From contig CP084166.1 of the NCBI GenBank assembly GCA_021513695.1, positions 640,001 through 704,000 of the forward strand: a stretch of 64,000 nt of DNA, written 5' to 3'. A program made the position numbers and the translations under genes. The stretch comes from Candidatus Heimdallarchaeum aukensis (lineage in GTDB: Archaea; Asgardarchaeota; Heimdallarchaeia; Heimdallarchaeales; Heimdallarchaeaceae). The notes beneath the pieces are model-generated. The model made no database searches. It worked only from the letters and a program-made list of their open reading frames with translations, and was not told the DNA's origin. Shown piece after piece: positions 59,949 through 64,000 of this stretch (position 1 is its first letter; the number at the start of each line of letters is the position of its first letter).

Positions 59949-61124
59949 TTGACCAAATTGATTTCATTAAGAGTGATAAAAACTTTCACTTGTATTTCAT
60001 TTTTCTTTCTTAATCTACTACTTATTTCTGATTTTTCAAACGCAAATATGAAAAAACAAAGCCAGTACACGTTTAAAGTTGGTATCTATGACAACGAACC
60101 TTTAGTTTTCAAATCAAAAGAAGGAGATTATAAAGGAATATACATAGATATTCTAACATATATCGCAGAAATTGAAAATTGGGAACTAGAATTTGTTGAA
60201 GGTACTTGGAACGAAACTTACAATGCCTTACTTAACAATGAAATTGATATAATGACTGGAATTGCATATTCTATAGAAAGAACAGAATATATTGATTTTA
60301 CTAATGAAACTTTATTATTAAACTGGGGAACGGTTATCACTCGAAAGAACCTAAAAATTAAATATTTTTTTGATTTAGAAGGATTGAAAGTTGGAGTGCT
60401 TTCCAATGATATTTATTTTGATTATCCTGGTGGAATTAAGGCAATATTAAACAAATTTCAAATAAATTGTACATATCAAGAATATAACGACTATAAAGAA
60501 ATAACTAAAGATATCCAGAATAAGCTAATAGATGCAGGGGTAGTAAACAGAATTTTTTATCAAAGTTTAGTGGATAAAAGAGATTTAAAAGAAACAAATT
60601 TGATTTTCCAACCTGTACAACTTCATTATGCTTTCAATAAGAATAATTCCTACAAGTCATATTTAATTGAACGAATAGATCATCATTTATCGGAACTCAA
60701 AAAAGACAAACAGTCAATTTATTATAGTATTTTAGATGAATATCTAAACCCTAAAATTAAACTGCAAATTTCATGGTGGGGCATTCTAATTATTATCTTT
60801 TCAGTAGGAGTTAGTGTAATTTCAATTTCTGCATTTATTTTCTTTAGATATAAAAATAAAGTTGAACTCAAAAAATCAAAGATTAAACAAAAAAAACTAG
60901 TTTCAATTCTTCTTGAAAGTTATGAACAACTAGAAAGTCTTATTGATAAACTAAGGAATCAACTTCAGTTGATTTCAGGAAAGCTAGAATTTTTTGAATC
61001 AGAAGATATAAAATTTATAAAAGAGTTAGAAAGGTTAAAGCTGACGTTGGATGATCTAGATTCCATCTTTTACACTTATGTAAAAGAAAAAAAACAAGCA
61101 CTAAAAGAGGAGGAAAAAACTTAA
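59949..61124 (+). CDS. Membrane-anchored extracellular SBP_bac_3-like sensor domain protein with a cytoplasmic coiled-coil tail and no kinase core
   Basis: Signal peptide, an amino-acid-binding-like periplasmic domain (FKVGIYDNEPLVF...IDIMTGIAYSIERTEYIDF), a transmembrane helix ISWWGILIIIFSVGVSVISISAFIFF, and an 85-aa coiled coil. The start is a TTG. Confidence 0.65.
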   Translation: MTKLISLRVIKTFTCISFFFLNLLLISDFSNANMKKQSQYTFKVGIYDNEPLVFKSKEGDYKGIYIDILTYIAEIENWELEFVEGTWNETYNALLNNEIDIMTGIAYSIERTEYIDFTNETLLLNWGTVITRKNLKIKYFFDLEGLKVGVLSNDIYFDYPGGIKAILNKFQINCTYQEYNDYKEITKDIQNKLIDAGVVNRIFYQSLVDKRDLKETNLIFQPVQLHYAFNKNNSYKSYLIERIDHHLSELKKDKQSIYYSILDEYLNPKIKLQISWWGILIIIFSVGVSVISISAFIFFRYKNKVELKKSKIKQKKLVSILLESYEQLESLIDKLRNQLQLISGKLEFFESEDIKFIKELERLKLTLDDLDSIFYTYVKEKKQALKEEEKT

Positions 61125-61148
61125 GTTAATAAAAACAAAGAGAGATAG

Positions 61149-61531
61149 AAGATTGATGAGGAAGTAGAATCTAGAGTAGAAAATATCAAAAAATTACTTA
61201 TCGTAGATAATGATGAAGATATAGTTTTCCTTTTTAAAAAATAACTAGAGCGAGAATTTTTTGTAACTACAGCAATAAACGGTATTGAAGCTTTAATAGC
61301 AGCAAAAAATCAAAAACCAAATATTATACTAATGGACATTTGCATGCCAGTAATGGATTGAATAAAGCAGCAAAGCTCATTAAAGAAAAAAATAAAGAAA
61401 TAATCATCATTGCTGTAACTGCGTATAGCGAAGTAGAAGAAAAACACTTAGATAGTAATCCTTTCGATTTTTATGTGAGAAAACCTGTTTCAATGAAAAA
61501 TCTTTTACTAATAATAAAAGATATTGATTAA
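61149..61531 (+). pseudogene. CheY-like response-regulator receiver domain with one nonsense codon, one frameshift, and no canonical start
   Basis: KKLLIVDNDEDIVFLFKK*LEREFFVTTAINGIEALIAAKNQKPNIILMDICMPVMD, then a shift, then GLNKAAKLIKEKNKEIIIIAVTAYSEVEEKHLDSNPFDFYVRKPV. A TAA sits where an aromatic residue is expected, and about 4 nt are missing at MDG. Confidence 0.6.
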
Positions 61532-61783
61532 AATAACAATAATCTTTTTTACTTTTTTACAGTTCGATTTCTCAGGAAAAAACTCCTTTGGAATAATCTA
61601 TGCTTTTAATGCGAATTTACAATAACTATTCTAAATAAAGATTTTTTGTAAATTAATTATTCTGCTATAAATAAAAATCTATTCACACTTACGAACATTG
61701 ACATATTTATTTTTTAACATAATTTTTTAACAAGTAATATCTTTTCTTGGATTTTGCTATTTTAAAATATAAGAATGAAAAAA

Positions 61784-63217
61784 TTATTTTTTATTATTAG
61801 GGCACTTTGGTACTTCAATTTCAAAGGTAACGTTTCCTTCTTCATTTGAAACTAATGTAATTTTTCCGCCTAGTAACGAAATAAGTTTATTAGAGATAAA
61901 TAACCCCATACTTGTTCGATCTCCTTTTTGTATAGTTTCTACAAATAACGAATTTACAATTTCTTCTTTTATTTTTAATCCGTTATTAGAAATCCTGATA
62001 ATACATGTTTTATTTCTTGAAAGAATTTTCAATCTAACTAAAGTTGCAGAACCATGAGTAACTCCATTTAGAATAATGTTGTAAATAACTGAAATAAGTG
62101 TTTTATTTGCTCTTGCTTTACAATCTCCTTCTTTAACTATTTTTACATTAAATTTCTTTATAATATCATCTAATTCTTTTCCAATATCTAAAACATAAAC
62201 AATATCTGTTAATTCTTCGGTAAGTATAGAGCTAATGTTTTCCATTTCAACTAGAGCCAATTCTAAATTCTCCATCCCTTTCTGAAAATAGGGGTCTATT
62301 TTTTCTTCATTATATATTTCAAAGAATCCAATTGCCGCACTTAATCTATTCCTTAAGTCATGCTTGATTAAACTGTAGATTATTTTATGAGTTCTATTCA
62401 TTAATTTTATTTTCTCATTTTTTTCGATTAACTCTTTGAATATTAAATTGTAAGGGTTTTGAATTCCTTCTTTAACAAAGACAACAAATAGAAAACCCAT
62501 AGAGACAAACAACGAAAGATGCCCGAAAACATTAGATATTCCATAAACACTGACATAAAAAGTGAAAAAGATTTCTCCTATTGTATTAAAAATTAGTGAA
62601 AAAATTATAAGCCTACGAATTTTAGGGGTAAAAAGTCTAAATTTATAAATTAAAAAACATGTAACAATAAACAGGAACGAAATAATGTACTCGCTTATAA
62701 TTTTAAATAATGTTAATCCTTCACCTTCAATATAACAAGTTGGAAAAATCCTTGCAAATATTAAAAAAATCATAGTTCCTGTTACTATCGAATACCCGAT
62801 CATAATGTGCAAAAGTTTTATTTTCTTTTTAGTAAAAGCAAAAATCATAACAAAAGTCAAGGCATCTAGATATCTTGCTAGAATCCACAAAGAAGTTGGT
62901 AAATTAGCATCATATCCATAAATGATGTTCATTCCTTTATAGCTAACTACATGTAGAAACTCAACCAATGCAACAAATATTTTAGAAATACCAAGAATAA
63001 GTAAAAAGTCTGTACTAAGAAACTTTCTACCATACCAGCTAATAATAGATATAAAGATTATACTTATTATTATAGAAATTTCAACGAAAATATGAAAAAG
63101 GAGAAAATTAAAATTGCTCAAAAAAAACAATCCGGTGATAACAGAAACTGATGCGGTAAAAATAAGTAGATATTTAACATAATCTTTCTTATATAAATTT
63201 AATATAGATTGCAACAT
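61784..63217 (-). CDS. Sensor histidine kinase with a polytopic N-terminal membrane domain
   Basis: Six or seven N-terminal transmembrane helices, H-box IKHDLRNRLSAAIGF, N/G boxes including GLFISNKLISLLGGKI. Confidence 0.8.
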   Translation of the reverse strand: MLQSILNLYKKDYVKYLLIFTASVSVITGLFFLSNFNFLLFHIFVEISIIISIIFISIISWYGRKFLSTDFLLILGISKIFVALVEFLHVVSYKGMNIIYGYDANLPTSLWILARYLDALTFVMIFAFTKKKIKLLHIMIGYSIVTGTMIFLIFARIFPTCYIEGEGLTLFKIISEYIISFLFIVTCFLIYKFRLFTPKIRRLIIFSLIFNTIGEIFFTFYVSVYGISNVFGHLSLFVSMGFLFVVFVKEGIQNPYNLIFKELIEKNEKIKLMNRTHKIIYSLIKHDLRNRLSAAIGFFEIYNEEKIDPYFQKGMENLELALVEMENISSILTEELTDIVYVLDIGKELDDIIKKFNVKIVKEGDCKARANKTLISVIYNIILNGVTHGSATLVRLKILSRNKTCIIRISNNGLKIKEEIVNSLFVETIQKGDRTSMGLFISNKLISLLGGKITLVSNEEGNVTFEIEVPKCPNNKK

Positions 63218-63472
63218 AGGAATTTTGACAGAAGAATTAAAAATTTTTCTGTAAACAAATCCTTTTTAAAATGAAAATTGATTTTAAGAAAAATCTCTTA
63301 TACTTACTTTGACACCTATTTTTCAATAAGATACCCCCTTTTTTCTAATAATCTAGCTTATTAGATAGGAGACATTATTAGAAAACAACTATTTAGGTCT
63401 CTTCAAACTATGAGTTTACTTGTAATCAGTAAAAAAAATAGTTCAAAGAAAGAAATGATAATTTGAGAGTAT

Positions 63473-64000
63473 TTATTCTGAAATTTGTCTGTGATTCATT
63501 TTCCCATTTTTGTCATCCCATAGTGGAATAAGCAACGAAACTATTAATCCTGTAGGCTTATTATCTGATAAATTCAGTTTTCCTCCTAAAGATTCTATTG
63601 TTCTTTTTGCTAAAGATAATCCTACTCCACCTGAATTTGTTGTAGGAAGATCAGCCTGCAATATTTTTTCTTTTTCTTCATCAGTCATTCCTTTTCCATT
63701 ATCTTTTATTTGGATTTCAGCATAACTGTCTTTTATAAAGCATTCAATTTTGACATTAGTTGTTTTTTCACCGTGAATAAACGCATTCGAAATTATATTG
63801 TAAAGAATTAAATTTAATAACTTATTTCCTCTCACAAAAACATTCTTTTTTGGTAATTTAACTGAAACGTTTTGGAAAAGATAAGAAATATTAGAAGCAA
63901 ATGAGAGAGGGATTTTCTGTATCTCTAGATTCGACAGTATATCCTTTGTTGATATTTGTTTATTTATTCTACTTTCAACTTCCTTTATTCTGTTATCCAA
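63473..64000 (-). CDS. Histidine kinase, C-terminal HATPase_c portion. The gene continues beyond the window end
   Basis: NAFIHGEK (N box), IKDNGKGM (G1), GGVGLSLAKRTIESLGGKL (G2). The frame is open to nt 64000. Confidence 0.7.
   Translation of the reverse strand: MDNRIKEVESRINKQISTKDILSNLEIQKIPLSFASNISYLFQNVSVKLPKKNVFVRGNKLLNLILYNIISNAFIHGEKTTNVKIECFIKDSYAEIQIKDNGKGMTDEEKEKILQADLPTTNSGGVGLSLAKRTIESLGGKLNLSDNKPTGLIVSLLIPLWDDKNGKMNHRQISE

Noticed and set aside
1-64000. CRISPR arrays, rRNA and tRNA genes
   Set aside because: No direct-repeat/spacer periodicity was found in any intergenic region. No GC-rich structured segments with T-loop-like GGTTC[GA]A motifs were detected outside the IS elements.

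Overview
This is a 64 kb, very AT-rich (about 30% GC) stretch of chromosome that is densely packed with genes and has archaeal hallmarks. The evidence for an archaeal origin is a GHMP-family kinase of the pantoate-kinase type next to a ketopantoate reductase, extracellular proteins that are N-terminally anchored and rich in N-glycosylation sequons, substrate-binding proteins with C-terminal transmembrane anchors, and a relic of a small Ras-like GTPase. It looks like an Asgard or Lokiarchaeia-type genome, but that is an inference and cannot be confirmed without a database search. About 55 coding regions are supported.

Housekeeping and metabolism: a class-I aminotransferase, the pantoate kinase plus ketopantoate reductase pair (coenzyme A branch), the TldD/PmbA peptidase pair, TsaC/YrdC, an isochorismatase-family hydrolase, a small ferredoxin, a PNPOx-like flavin protein, and heme O synthase (CtaB).

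Transporters: two MFS, two EamA/DMT, two ABC-2 exporters, and an Fe3+/thiamine-type ABC importer operon that ends in an APH/ThiK-like kinase.

Other functions: two DNA methyltransferases (a gamma-class N6A enzyme of 699 aa and a CcrM/HinfI-like beta-class enzyme), an LRR protein, TPR and HTH proteins, and a two-component locus.

Accessory and unusual content:
1. An IS200/IS605-family element carrying only tnpB (1.84 kb, GC-rich, 54373..56216) that cleanly splits an ABC ATPase gene.
2. A degenerate IS4/ISH3-like element with 11-bp terminal inverted repeats (22750..23980).
3. A defence-like gene string: beta-class methyltransferase, patatin-like phospholipase, AAA_21-type ATPase, and a frameshifted DUF4276-like gene.
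4. A 1077-aa heavily glycosylated surface protein whose cytoplasmic tail resembles a Roadblock/LC7 domain.
5. Pseudogene relics of a small GTPase, a CheY-like receiver, and a glycoside hydrolase C-terminus.
6. Two adjacent genes, one of them the LRR protein, that share a novel C-terminal module.
7. An unannotated HicB/UPF0150-like small ORF.

No rRNA, tRNA or CRISPR array was recognised.
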